The notes under the pieces were generated by a model. The model was not told where the DNA came from. It made no database searches and was given only the letters and a program-made list of their open reading frames with translations. A DNA stretch of 64,000 nt. Source: an uncultured Nitrososphaerota archaeon. GTDB lineage: Archaea > Thermoproteota > EX4484-205 > JAAOZP01. A program made the translations under genes and the position numbers. Numbering within the stretch: the first letter of the stretch is position 1; the number at the start of each line of letters is the position of its first letter. Of this stretch, positions 1 to 9,434 are shown piece after piece. The DNA is taken from contig CAYQCW010000009.1 of the NCBI GenBank assembly GCA_964416155.1, positions 26,495-90,494 of the forward strand. Reading direction: 5' to 3'.

Positions 1-1478
1 CAAAGCGTCTTGACTCCTCCAACACCAATGCTCGCCTTCTTCATTATGACGCTGTGGAAGGGTGTTCCGGTTGCTTCAGATATTGAGAGAGCTATCCGTG
101 TCCTGCATCTTGAAGCCTGACACTTCCCGAAGCCTGCTGTCGTCCTAAGCTTCACGCCGTCGAAGGTGATAGTCTTCACGCCGATCACCCGCATCCTTTC
201 AATGGCTTCTAAAACCTCTGCTTTTGAAACATTGTTACAGAAGCACACGATCTCGCCGTAATCAGGGTTCTCTAAGATATGCTTGTCCAAGGTGCTGTAA
301 TCCATCTCGTTGACTGTGGTTATTCTCTTTCTAAATGGTTTCCAGCCTTTTTTCTCAACCAGCTTAAGCCCGTATGTCTCCCTGATGAGGCTTGAAACAT
401 GATTCGCTATTGCTGGCGCAGCCGTTAAGCCGGGGGACCTTATGCCTGCGACGTTGATGAACCCGTAGGGCTGGGAGTAGGCTTTTATCAACCATTTCCC
501 GTCAGGCGGCTCAGGTCTCAACCCTGCGAAAAACTTTATTATTTTCGAGCGCGGCGGGGTTCTGTGGAGCATTATTCCCGCCTCCTTAACCAGTTGGTCC
601 AAGCCTTTCAGGCTTGTAGACGTGTCTCCCTTCGACTCATAAGGAAGGTCTTCAGCAGTCGGGCCTATCATCAGGTTGCCATGTATAGTCGTTAAAGCAT
701 AAACACCTTTAGTGACGGGTGTGGGCATCGTGTGCAATATGATGCTCGGCTTAGGCTCAGCGTCTTTATCGAAAACAATGTACTCTCCCTTCCTAGGCTT
801 TATTCTAAACCAGGGTTCAACCCCCACGGAGTGAGACACTTCGTCAGCTTTCAACCCTGCTGCGTTGATTACGATATCTGCTTCAACAAGCCCCTTGCTC
901 GTTTCAACGCCCACAACATTGTTGTTTCTAGTGACGATTCTCTTAACACGCGTCTCCGTGAAAAGCCTAACCCCGTTTTCCACAGCGTTCTCCACTAGGG
1001 CTACAACCGCCTCGAAAGGGCAGATTAGGCCCGCCGTGGGCGCGTATACGCCTCCTTTAACATTCCTGCTTATCGAGCTGTCCATTTCAAACAGTTCCTC
1101 CCCGCGTAGAATCCTTACTCCAGCCACATTGTTTCTACGGGCCCATTCCACATACTTTTCAGCCTCCTTCTCATCCTCGTTTCTCTGGAAAAGCATGAGC
1201 TCACCAACCCATTTAACAGGAATATCAAGCTCCCAGTACCATTTTCTCCAGAGAGCATTACCCTCGACGCAGAGCCTCGCTCGCAAAGGCTGGTTTTCAG
1301 GATCCTCCTCGTGACCCGGGTGTATTACTGAAGAATTGGCTCTGCTCGCGCTTCCACCAGCATCATAATTCTCTTCTAAAACATAAACCTGCAGGTTTTC
1401 AAACCTGCTTAACGCCCTCGCTATGGCTGCTCCTACGACGCCTGCGCCTATTATCGCGACGCGTGTTCCCGCCGCCAT
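1..1478 (-). CDS. glpA: FAD-dependent glycerol-3-phosphate dehydrogenase-like oxidoreductase with C-terminal BFD-like Fe-S domain (3' end runs off the window)
   Basis: Not in the ORF track because there is no stop in the window. Hand translation from ATG at 1478: MAAGTRVAIIGAGVVG (FAD Rossmann), SRANSSVIHPG, FAGLRP, NVAGIRSPGLTAAPAIA, and CFCNNV...GFGKCQASRC. Lies directly downstream of glpK. Confidence 0.85.
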   Translation of the reverse strand, partial: MAAGTRVAIIGAGVVGAAIARALSRFENLQVYVLEENYDAGGSASRANSSVIHPGHEEDPENQPLRARLCVEGNALWRKWYWELDIPVKWVGELMLFQRNEDEKEAEKYVEWARRNNVAGVRILRGEELFEMDSSISRNVKGGVYAPTAGLICPFEAVVALVENAVENGVRLFTETRVKRIVTRNNNVVGVETSKGLVEADIVINAAGLKADEVSHSVGVEPWFRIKPRKGEYIVFDKDAEPKPSIILHTMPTPVTKGVYALTTIHGNLMIGPTAEDLPYESKGDTSTSLKGLDQLVKEAGIMLHRTPPRSKIIKFFAGLRPEPPDGKWLIKAYSQPYGFINVAGIRSPGLTAAPAIANHVSSLIRETYGLKLVEKKGWKPFRKRITTVNEMDYSTLDKHILENPDYGEIVCFCNNVSKAEVLEAIERMRVIGVKTITFDGVKLRTTAGFGKCQASRCRTRIALSISEATGTPFHSVIMKKASIGVGGVKTL

Positions 1479-1494
1479 GCGTACTGGTCTCCTT

Positions 1495-3087
1495 CTAGCC
1501 TTTCCCGGCCTCCTCGTATCCGTATGCCCAGGGCACTTCCCTAGCCCATCCTAAGGATCTTTTGACAGCTGCCTTCCAGCCCTTGTACAGTTTCTCTCTC
1601 GCATCCTGGCTAATCATGGGTTTAAACTCCTTCTCCATCCTCCAGTTGTTTTTAACCTCGTCTATGCTCTGCCAGAAGCCCACGGCGAGACCCGCCAGGT
1701 AGGCTGCTCCAAGGCTGGTTGTCTCCTGTACCAGTGGTCGAACAACGGTAGTGTCAAGAATATCCGCTTGGAATTGTAGCAGAAAATCGCTTCTAGACGC
1801 GCCGCCGTCTGCCTTAAGCGTTTCAACCCTTCTGCCAGTATCGTTGCACATTGCTTCAATCACGTCGCGAGTCAAGTAGGCGATGGACTCTAAAACCGCC
1901 CTGGCAATATGTCTCCTGCTCGTCCCCCTGGTTAAACCTATCACCATGCCTCTCGCATACGGGTCCCAGTATGGTGCTCCAAGCCCCGTGAAAGCCGGTA
2001 TAAAATAGGTGCCCCCAGTCTCTTCAGCAGCCTCAGCCAGAGGGTTAACCTCCCCAGAAACCTCGATTATTTTCAGGCCGTCGCGCAGCCACTGGATGGC
2101 TGCGCCGGTGATAAAGATGCTTCCCTCAAGAGCGTAGACTGCTTTACCGGGTTCAACGCTGTAAAGCACTGTAGCCAGCAGCCCTGTTTTAGAGCGGACC
2201 GTGTGCTCTCCCGTGTTCATCAGTATGAAGTTTCCAGTTCCGTAGGTGCATTTCGCATCGTAGGGTTCAAACCCTGCTTGACCAAGTAGAGCAGACTGCT
2301 GGTCTCCAGCGTCACCCGTCACCGGCTTACTGGATCCTTCGAAAATGCTTGAAACCTCCGGTCCAGTCCAACCATAGACGTTTTTATCGCTGCTGGGCCT
2401 CGGCAGCGCTAGGGCTTCAACAGGTATTTCCCCCTGTATTTCTGCAAGGTCCTCGTCCCAAGCAAGCCTATGTATGTTAAAGAGCATTGTTCTTGAAGCG
2501 TTGCTGTAATCTGTTACGAATGCACCGTTGTACTCCGGGGTTTGAACATTCTGGGAGCCGTTAGTCAGATTCCATATTATCCACGTGTCTATTGTTCCGA
2601 AAACGGCCTCTCTTTTCAAAATCTTCTCACGTAAACCCTGAATGTTTTCAAGCATCCACCATATCTTGGTGCTCGAAAAATAGCTGTCCGGGATCAAACC
2701 GGTTTTCTCGACAATTTCGTTCAAGTAGTTCTCCCGAAGATGGTCGACCAGCTTAGCTGTCCTACGGTCCTGCCATACAATGGCGTTTGAGACAGGTCTT
2801 CCTGTTTTAGGGTTCCATGCTATAACTGTTTCACGCTGATTGGCTACTCCTATCGCAACTATGTCTCTGGGTTTAACACGGGTCTTGTCAAGCACGTTTC
2901 TGATGCAACGCTTAACGTTCAACCATATTTCAAGAGGATCGTGTTCAACCCATCCTGGTTTAGGATAGGTCTGCGAATGCTCAACGTAAAACCAGCCGTT
3001 AGGATAAAGTGTACCATCATGCTTGTACAGTGAGACTCGGGAGCCGGTGGTGCCCTGGTCAATACTCATTACGACCTTTTCACTCAT
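1495..3087 (-). CDS. glpK: Glycerol kinase
   Basis: IDQGTTGSR, PGWVEHDP, NQRET, AIVWQDRRT, TDYSNASRT, GDQQSAL, KCTYGTG, GLGAPYWD. The ATG at 3087 (MSEKVV) is preferred because TTTATAT lies about 30 nt upstream. Confidence 0.96.
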   Translation of the reverse strand: MSEKVVMSIDQGTTGSRVSLYKHDGTLYPNGWFYVEHSQTYPKPGWVEHDPLEIWLNVKRCIRNVLDKTRVKPRDIVAIGVANQRETVIAWNPKTGRPVSNAIVWQDRRTAKLVDHLRENYLNEIVEKTGLIPDSYFSSTKIWWMLENIQGLREKILKREAVFGTIDTWIIWNLTNGSQNVQTPEYNGAFVTDYSNASRTMLFNIHRLAWDEDLAEIQGEIPVEALALPRPSSDKNVYGWTGPEVSSIFEGSSKPVTGDAGDQQSALLGQAGFEPYDAKCTYGTGNFILMNTGEHTVRSKTGLLATVLYSVEPGKAVYALEGSIFITGAAIQWLRDGLKIIEVSGEVNPLAEAAEETGGTYFIPAFTGLGAPYWDPYARGMVIGLTRGTSRRHIARAVLESIAYLTRDVIEAMCNDTGRRVETLKADGGASRSDFLLQFQADILDTTVVRPLVQETTSLGAAYLAGLAVGFWQSIDEVKNNWRMEKEFKPMISQDAREKLYKGWKAAVKRSLGWAREVPWAYGYEEAGKG

Positions 3088-3139
3088 TAAACACTGTTTG
3101 CAAACCCCGGAAGCAAATATAAATCTTAATGTGTAGGAG

Positions 3140-3151
3140 GCACACGTGTGC
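3140..3151. promoter_or_regulatory. Perfect 12-bp palindrome just upstream of the glpK BRE/TATA; candidate regulator site
   Basis: GCACACGTGTGC, about 15-20 nt upstream of the minus-strand TATA-like box at ~3116-3123. Confidence 0.25.
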
Positions 3152-3392
3152 TCAGCACGCGGGACCAACAGTTCTTAAACTCTTCATCATCTCAACCTGG
3201 CCCCAGGCATGCCGCGTCACGAGTTAAAGACTTCTAGGTGGAAGTGTATTCCCCGAGCATAAATGGCTTCAATGTTGTGATTAAAAGAAGCGTGATGGAT
3301 GATGCTGGCTTTGGAAAAAAGGGTTTGTCGTCCTGTCAAAACGTTAAATTCGCAAAGCTTTAAACTTTAGGCTTAACACCGTTTTCTTAAAG

Positions 3393-3572
3393 ATGAAAGT
3401 TCTCGTAATCGCTGGAACCGGCCACATCGGCAGCTACCTTGTTCCACGCCTAGTTTTACGCGGTTACGAAGTGCAGGTTTTGGCAAGAAACCCTAGGCCG
3501 CGCTACACTACTGAAGAAATTTACAGGGAATGCGTAGAGTATCTTTTGGAAAGCAGGAAGCTTGTTGTTTAA
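3393..3572 (+). pseudogene. Internally deleted NAD-dependent epimerase/dehydratase (59 aa; N- and C-termini fused)
   Basis: MKVLVIAGTGHIGSYLVPRLVLRGYEVQVLARNPRPRYTTEEIYRECVEYLLESRKLVV*. The Rossmann start GxGxIG is joined to a typical extended-SDR C-terminal PRY..EE...E...YL helix. Below the ORF-track cutoff. Confidence 0.7.
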
Positions 3573-3575
3573 TGC

Positions 3576-4337
3576 TTAACGGACTCTGACATAGTCTATT
3601 TCGAGTAATGCTCTTTTTCTGTTTTCCTGAGTAGCGTGCCTGTAGACTCCGGCTGGATCGCTTTTCCTAATCTCGTAGACAGCATTATCTATCCAGACGT
3701 CTGCACGAGTCCTATCCTCCTTAAAGGGGAACGGGATTTTCGCCACCTCCTCACCGTCTACGTAAAAGCTTACACCGTGTTTAACCCATTCTACTCTATA
3801 CTCGTGCCACTCGTCAAGCTTAAGCTCCCGCATAGTGGGCTTCGAGGAGACTATGTCTACCCCGATTATTCCACTTGAAACTTTTGAAAGGGTTGAAGCT
3901 AAGATAAACTTGCTGTTTTTCTCGAGAAGCATTATCGGCTGGAAACGGTTCCCGACTTGAGCGAAGAAGCCTGAGAATGGATATGGGCGCCTAGTTCTTA
4001 AGTATATTAACCAGATTGGTAGAGAGCTGTCTGTAACCATAGTGTGATTCCAGAAGCCCCATCCGGCGCTGCCGTAGTGTTCCCCTAAGAGCCTGGCTTT
4101 GGTCTCGAAAGTCTTAAACATCCAGGGGAGGTCGTCGAAAAGACCGTCAGCTATCTCAGCGTTCGAGTAATAAAGGGCTTCCGTCGGCCCCATCCACATT
4201 CTTAAAACACTCCCCTCAATCTCGAAGCCAGCATGATTGTCTACCCTCCAACTCCAGTAGGGCGACCTGGTTTCAAAATCATCTGAAAAGCCTCCTTCTT
4301 CAACAGCCCTAGCCCTTAAATTCTTCTGCTCCTCCAT
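3576..4337 (-). CDS. ConA-like/GH16-like beta-sandwich protein
   Basis: FSDDF N-terminus, GSAGWGFWN, and EWHEYRVEW...VSFYVDG typical of the GH16/LamG fold. No ExDxE catalytic motif is visible. Confidence 0.6.
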   Translation of the reverse strand: MEEQKNLRARAVEEGGFSDDFETRSPYWSWRVDNHAGFEIEGSVLRMWMGPTEALYYSNAEIADGLFDDLPWMFKTFETKARLLGEHYGSAGWGFWNHTMVTDSSLPIWLIYLRTRRPYPFSGFFAQVGNRFQPIMLLEKNSKFILASTLSKVSSGIIGVDIVSSKPTMRELKLDEWHEYRVEWVKHGVSFYVDGEEVAKIPFPFKEDRTRADVWIDNAVYEIRKSDPAGVYRHATQENRKRALLEIDYVRVR

Positions 4338-4393
4338 GGTTGAAAAAAATGGTTAAGATTATTTTTAACCGTTTTCCAATCCGCAACACGGGT

Positions 4394-5485
4394 TTAAGAT
4401 ACGGTAGTAGGTTTAGAACGCTTAGAGTGTTTCGACCCGAATACAGCGTAGGCTAGAACACTAGCGGCAAGCCCGGCTGCCAGTATCGGCAAGCCGTATC
4501 TGGCCGCCCAGAACCTTGCTTCATGAAAGGTGAAAAACGCTCCTTTCAACTCTCGATCCATAAAGTCCAGGATCCTTGAGGAAACCAGCTCTAAAGGAAG
4601 ATCGTGGCCAGAATCATACCAGTATACTTGCTTTGGCTCCCCCGCTGCCCTATAAAGCTGCTCGCCGGCTTCAGCCGGGACAATCCGGTCGTATTTCCCA
4701 AGGTGGAAGACTACAGGCTTGGGCGCGAATTTCCCTATGAAGTTGAGAGGGTCAACAGGATTCAGTTTTTCCTGAAGCTCCTTATACGTTATGTTCTGTT
4801 CCTCCAAGTATTTTCTAATCACCGGTATTGCTGGATGCTGGCTCCTCATTATCATCAGGCTCATGTTGCCCCCTGCGACTAGGAGTGCAGCAGCCCTAAT
4901 CCTGGGTTCAACGCCTATGAATATTGCTCCTAGAATTCCGCCCATGCTGCCGCCAACGTATCCGATCTTCTCAACATCAATCTCCCCCCTAGTTTCAAGA
5001 TAGTCCACTGCCCTCCTCATGTCAATGATGGTTTGAACTATGCCGTTTCTAGACTCCTCCAGGTTCGGCGAGTATAATGCTTTCCCCTCCTCCCTACGCT
5101 CACCATGGAACTCAGCGTCTATGGAGATGACAGCGTAGCCCTCGGCTGCAACCAGGCTTGCAAAAGACAATATGTCTTCTTTAGAACCCCCGTAGCCGTG
5201 GAGAAAAACGACGCATGGATGTTTACCGTTGCCTGAAGGTATTGAAATCAGGGCCGGAACCCTTTCGCCGTTCACCGAATTGAAATACACCTTGAATATT
5301 TTGCAAACCCCCTCGTTCCTGACTAGTTCTTCCACAGGATTCAGAGGAATAGACCGGTCGTAAGCGTAGAATCCTGAGAAATCTTCTTCCGCAAGATAGT
5401 TCGAAATGGTTGGGGAACCAGCTACGCTGGTGCAGAGTGAAGCCACTAGCATTAGCAGGAGGAAATGAGACGGGGAAAACCTCAT
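4394..5485 (-). CDS. Secreted, membrane-anchored alpha/beta hydrolase (esterase-like)
   Basis: Signal peptide from MRFSPSHFLLLMLV, VFLHGYGG, GGSMGG nucleophile, D and H (YDSGH), then a C-terminal TM helix and basic tail. Confidence 0.85.
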   Translation of the reverse strand: MRFSPSHFLLLMLVASLCTSVAGSPTISNYLAEEDFSGFYAYDRSIPLNPVEELVRNEGVCKIFKVYFNSVNGERVPALISIPSGNGKHPCVVFLHGYGGSKEDILSFASLVAAEGYAVISIDAEFHGERREEGKALYSPNLEESRNGIVQTIIDMRRAVDYLETRGEIDVEKIGYVGGSMGGILGAIFIGVEPRIRAAALLVAGGNMSLMIMRSQHPAIPVIRKYLEEQNITYKELQEKLNPVDPLNFIGKFAPKPVVFHLGKYDRIVPAEAGEQLYRAAGEPKQVYWYDSGHDLPLELVSSRILDFMDRELKGAFFTFHEARFWAARYGLPILAAGLAASVLAYAVFGSKHSKRSKPTTVS

Positions 5486-5628
5486 CCCGCTCTCCCCGGG
5501 TAAAAGGCTCAACCGGTTTTTCAAACAAGGCTCTAAAGGTTTTTCCGCACCTCTTCCTCCAGAACCAAGGGACATGTTTACACCTGTGTTGAGGATTTTA
5601 AAAACATATCTTCATTAAAAGCCCCCAT

Positions 5629-5904
5629 TCAAGGGACTCCGAAGCTGAAAATGAAACCGCAGTTTTTACATCTAAAAGCATGATTAGCCATAGGCTCTAA
5701 ACCGATTGAGCTGAAACATTTCGGACAGAAGACCCTGTCCGTTAAACCACCTTGGTATAGTAGTTGAAGTCTATGATTATTCACCACGCTAGTTGTTCTA
5801 AACATTGAAAAAGTCGCGGCTGCAAAAACGATTAGAATTATTGCTAAGGACAGTGGCCATGGGAAGCCTTGCTTGTCAACCATATGGTTTCTCCTCAGCC
5901 TCAT
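5629..5904 (-). CDS. Small single-pass membrane protein with C-terminal zinc ribbon
   Basis: TM segment LSLAIILIVFAAATF, then CPKC...CKNCG. TATA-like TTTTAA about 25 nt upstream. Confidence 0.55.
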   Translation of the reverse strand: MRLRRNHMVDKQGFPWPLSLAIILIVFAAATFSMFRTTSVVNNHRLQLLYQGGLTDRVFCPKCFSSIGLEPMANHAFRCKNCGFIFSFGVP

Positions 5905-5997
5905 TCAACATTGTCGCTCCAAAGGGTTAAAAGCTTTATCCTTGTTTTTTATTTTAAATGCGTTGCCCGAGGTCTGCCGGTTCCTACGGCAATGCTC

Positions 5998-6843
5998 CTA
6001 GCCTTCACTTGCCTCAACCACTGTTTTCGACGAGAAACGTATGAAGGGATAGCATTCGGGTATGTGCGAGTCCCATACGTAATGGGGGCTCCAGGCCCAG
6101 CCTCCAGAGTCCTGTGCCGGAGGAGCCTCTTTATACTGGTTGAAGCGGAAGAAGTTCATACGCCAGGTTTCTCCATCCTTAGGGGGGAGTGGCCTGTTTT
6201 CAGGCATGGCGAGCACCCTCATCCCTTTCCAAGGTAAGGCTAGTTCAACCGTCCAGCCCCTATCCCTGTCTTGGTTATTGTTGAGAGTGCCGTCCACATG
6301 GATGCCTGCTCTTAAGCCTGGGAAATCCCAGTTCCAGAACCCTATTCGTCGCCCCCGGGGATGGTTTCTGAAGCCTACTCCTGGGAAAAGCCTTACACCG
6401 GGAACGTCTCTTCTAAACTCTGGAAGCTTACTGTAGCCGGATTTCTCGTAAGCATCCTCCCATATGAAGAGAACCTCATAGAAGGTTCCAAGCGCGTTGA
6501 TTTCAAACTCATAGTAGGCGTCTCTGCCGGAAATAAAGAGCTCCACGTCATTATCCTCGTAGATCGGGGAGTCGCGCTCAGTCAGGGTGGCGGCCACTAG
6601 GGGTTCTTCAACCCAGAATCCGACGTATAGGTTTTCATCATCCCATAGTACTGCTGCATGCGTGTCGTAGAGAGTCGGCTGGCCGCTCACAAGGTCGACA
6701 AACCGGGGGGAGCGAGGCGCCTTTTGCCAACAAGCCTCGTCTAAAAGCCCGTCGACACGGATGGGCTCGTGAACACGGTAGGCTGTGTAGTGTGGAATTT
6801 TCTCCTCGGGGCAGGGAAAGGGTGTAAGGCTCTTAATGCACAT
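5998..6843 (-). CDS. Carbohydrate-binding family 9-like (DOMON-like) protein
   Basis: IRVDGLLDEACW, LWDDENLYVGF, DDVELFI-like DNDVELFI, YYEFEINALG, GWTVELALPW, WRMNFFR. Confidence 0.85.
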   Translation of the reverse strand: MCIKSLTPFPCPEEKIPHYTAYRVHEPIRVDGLLDEACWQKAPRSPRFVDLVSGQPTLYDTHAAVLWDDENLYVGFWVEEPLVAATLTERDSPIYEDNDVELFISGRDAYYEFEINALGTFYEVLFIWEDAYEKSGYSKLPEFRRDVPGVRLFPGVGFRNHPRGRRIGFWNWDFPGLRAGIHVDGTLNNNQDRDRGWTVELALPWKGMRVLAMPENRPLPPKDGETWRMNFFRFNQYKEAPPAQDSGGWAWSPHYVWDSHIPECYPFIRFSSKTVVEASEG

Positions 6844-6948
6844 GGCTTAATCCTCTAATCTTCTACTCTTAGCTATAAATAAGGATTTAGAATTGCCGGC
6901 TAATGCCTAAATAGGGATTCGCCGCTGGTTAAACAGGCTTGCAGGATA

Positions 6949-7291
6949 ATGGTATTGAACCGGATTCTCGGTGGCCGGCTTACCCGACGTGGTTCGCCGC
7001 CTTGAGGAAAAGGGCTTGTTTAAAGAAGCTCTGGGCACGATAACCGGCTGCTGGCTGAGGGGAGGATGCTCCCCAGGGTTCTCAGATCCAGGTTGGAGTG
7101 GGAACTGGAAAGATTAAGAGGATTGAGTGGGACTACTTTCTTTCAAAAGAGGGTGCTTTCAAATTGCTTAGGGAGCAGATTTCAGATTTAACTATGAGTT
7201 CGACGAATGGTTGGCGAAAGGCTTCATAGAAAATGTGGGGATAGAGGAGGAAAACCTTTTTTTCGGAAACTTAGCGCGCGCTATTATTTAA
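6949..7291 (+). pseudogene. Frameshifted N-terminal relic of a transglutaminase-like domain protein
   Basis: Stitched across several frameshifts: LPDVVRRLEEKGLFKEAL..RLLAEGRMLPRVLRSRLEWELERL.RIEWDYFLSKEGAFKLLREQISDLT.EFDEWLAKGFIE...FGNL. This resembles the helical N-terminus of transglutaminase-domain proteins (from memory). Confidence 0.5.
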
Positions 7292-7521
7292 CTATTCCTG
7301 AAAATGCTTAAGGACAATCCAACACCAGGGCTCGAGCATTAGTCCTACAAGGAAAGGCGATGCTACGGGTTTCTTCACTAATATCCTACCTTAACCGATC
7401 TAGAATTCGGAATGATTCAAATTAACTATTAGATACGACCCTTTTTCTATCGGATTCTAATTCACGGTTGAAAACCCAACGTCGAATAATCGATCTTGAT
7501 TTAGATTCGTTTAGCGGCGTG

Positions 7522-7612
7522 CGCAAAGTCTTCAAGCTTTTAATAGGAACCTTTGGAAATAACTTGGATCTTACCTCCATACCTCCTGTGAAGCTCAACA
7601 GTCTGTCTTCAA
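7522..7612 (-). pseudogene. Short relic of a malic enzyme N-terminus
   Basis: Minus strand reads VELHRRYGGKIQVISK[+1]VPIKS[-1]LEDFA, matching the archaeal malic enzyme start LH..YGGKI....KVP..SL.DF. Nothing recognisable follows. Confidence 0.4.
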
Positions 7613-7734
7613 TCACGATGTTCGAAGCGCTTCAACAATATTAAGGCTTTCGGCGGCTAGTGTTTTCTTTAACCGAGAAACCGGGGGTAAAGGTTATAAA
7701 AACGTTTAAAAAGCTTACAGGCAAGTTGAGTGGA

Positions 7735-9117
7735 ATGAGAAAGCTGTTCAGCTTCCTGGAACTAGGAAGTGAGGATTTTGCAGACTTCAGGATAACCGAG
7801 ATGGAGTCAACATTTATCTCTATTAGAAAAGGGATTGTTGAAGAAGTGTCTCATAACACGAGCATCGGCGGTGCTGCGAGAGTACTGTTCAACGGGGGCT
7901 GGGGTTTCTACTACACTACTGATCTCTCTGTTCAAGGGATAAACGCTGCCTTGGATAAAGCCTACAGGGCGGCTAAAGCTGTTTCGGGAAAGGTTGCTGA
8001 AAAGACAAGGATTAGGCTGGAGAAAACTTCCGAGGATGATGTTCGCTTGAACGTGAAGATCGATCCCAGAGATGTTTCGCTCGAGGAGAAAGTGAAGACT
8101 GCCCTCGAGTTCGACAAGAGCATATGGAAGGGTAATGAGGGAATAGTTACGACTACAGTTGGGCTCTCTGACAGTGTGAAAAAAGAATATGTTGTGAACA
8201 GCCACGGTTCAGAAGTCCAGTGCGAGGTGTGCAGCATAAGGCTCTCCGGCTCAGCGGTCGCCAAGGAGGGCGACCTTGTTCAAAACGTGAGTACCGCCGT
8301 AGGCGGAAGCAGGGGTTGGGAACTGGTGGAGGAGTTTGAGCATGTGAAGGAGGGCTCGGAGCTGGGTAGAAGAGGTGTCGAGCTTCTGAAGGCCCTGCCC
8401 CCTCCCAGCGGGAGGATGAACATCCTGATGGATCAGAGCCTAGTGGGCGTGTTTATCCACGAGGCATTCGGGCATGCGGCTGAGGCTGATGCTGTTAAGG
8501 CCAACAGGTCCATCCTTTCAGGGTTAATCGGTAAAAAGGTGGGGGTTGAAACAGTAAACGTGGTTGACGATCCCACTATTCCCGGAATGAGAGGATCATA
8601 TCCTTACGATTCGGAAGGAACGAAGGCGGAGAAAAGGGAAATAGTTAGAAACGGTGTCCTAGTCGGGTACCTCCACTCCCTGGAGACCGCTACCCATCTG
8701 AACGCTAAGCCAAACGGTGCCGCTAGAGCAATGAATTTTTCAAGCAAACCCATAGTGAGGATGAGCAACACTCTAGTTGAAAACGGTGAATACCGCTTGG
8801 AGGAGCTTGCTGAACTGGTGAAGAACGGCATATACTTGGCGAAATCCTACGGGGGATATGTTGACCCAGCCAGGGGACAATTCTACTTTACTGCACAGGA
8901 GGGCTACCTGATCGAAAACGGGAAAATAGGGGAGAAGGTTCAAAACGTGTCAATGTCCGGGTTAACCCTAGACGTGTTGAACAACGTGATAGGCGTAGGA
9001 AACGATTTGAAGCTAGCATTCCCCGGGACTTGCGGGAAGGATGGGCAGTGGGTCCCTGTTTCCGGAGGAGGGCCGCATCTCGCTGTGAAGGATGTCGTCG
9101 TCGGCGGTAGAAGATAA
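7735..9117 (+). CDS. tldD: TldD metalloprotease subunit
   Basis: HEAFGH zinc motif, VVDDPT, YDSEG, RMSNT, C-terminal CGKDGQ..VSGGGPH. ATG 7735 follows TTTAAAAA at ~7705. Confidence 0.94.
   Translation: MRKLFSFLELGSEDFADFRITEMESTFISIRKGIVEEVSHNTSIGGAARVLFNGGWGFYYTTDLSVQGINAALDKAYRAAKAVSGKVAEKTRIRLEKTSEDDVRLNVKIDPRDVSLEEKVKTALEFDKSIWKGNEGIVTTTVGLSDSVKKEYVVNSHGSEVQCEVCSIRLSGSAVAKEGDLVQNVSTAVGGSRGWELVEEFEHVKEGSELGRRGVELLKALPPPSGRMNILMDQSLVGVFIHEAFGHAAEADAVKANRSILSGLIGKKVGVETVNVVDDPTIPGMRGSYPYDSEGTKAEKREIVRNGVLVGYLHSLETATHLNAKPNGAARAMNFSSKPIVRMSNTLVENGEYRLEELAELVKNGIYLAKSYGGYVDPARGQFYFTAQEGYLIENGKIGEKVQNVSMSGLTLDVLNNVIGVGNDLKLAFPGTCGKDGQWVPVSGGGPHLAVKDVVVGGRR
9088..9117 (+). repeat. Left copy of an imperfect direct repeat (current tldD 3' end; attL-like)
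   Basis: AAG GAT GTC GTC GTC GGC GGT AGA AGA TAA (KDVVVGGRR*); matches 10144-10175. Confidence 0.75.
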
Positions 9118-9143
9118 GGTTCTTAATCTGCTACTTATGAGCT

Positions 9144-9419
9144 CTACTCCTCCTTTCTTTCCTTGTGTTTAGGTATAGGGAGATTAAGCTTCTCTGCAAT
9201 TCTGCGGGCATCTTCTGCTTCATCGATTATCAGCTCCCAGTCGACTTTGTAACCTCCTTTTTCCGTATAATATAGACATCCAGGTTTAACATCAGGATGT
9301 GCGTCAAACAACTTTTCTAACATTTCCTTCTCTTCCTCTAAATTTGGTGGTTTAGATTCATTCTTCCAGAGATCAGCACCTTGGAAGAAAATGATGAACT
9401 GCTTGGGGCGTAGTGCATA
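9144..9419 (-). CDS. Hypothetical protein or gene fragment in the insert
   Basis: 91 open codons (YALRPKQFIIFFQG...MLEKLFDAHPDVKPGCLYYTEKGGYKVDWELIIDEAEDARRIAEKLNLPIPKHKERKEE*). First ATG is at 9323 (59 aa). Missed by the ORF track. Confidence 0.5.
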   Translation of the reverse strand, partial: YALRPKQFIIFFQGADLWKNESKPPNLEEEKEMLEKLFDAHPDVKPGCLYYTEKGGYKVDWELIIDEAEDARRIAEKLNLPIPKHKERKEE

Positions 9420-9434
9420 TTAGCTTTCTAGTTA

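Noticed and set aside
732-1314. Plus-strand ORFs of 88 and 149 aa, and many similar short ORFs throughout the track
   Set aside because: They are antisense or off-frame shadows of well-supported genes (here glpA) and show no motifs.
3170-3260. Minus-strand HAWGQVEMMKSL, reminiscent of a DinB-family C-terminus
   Set aside because: Too short and interrupted to support a call.
7422-7616. 64-aa ORF in the track
   Set aside because: No recognisable product; the protein-like signal is mostly in another frame (malic enzyme relic).
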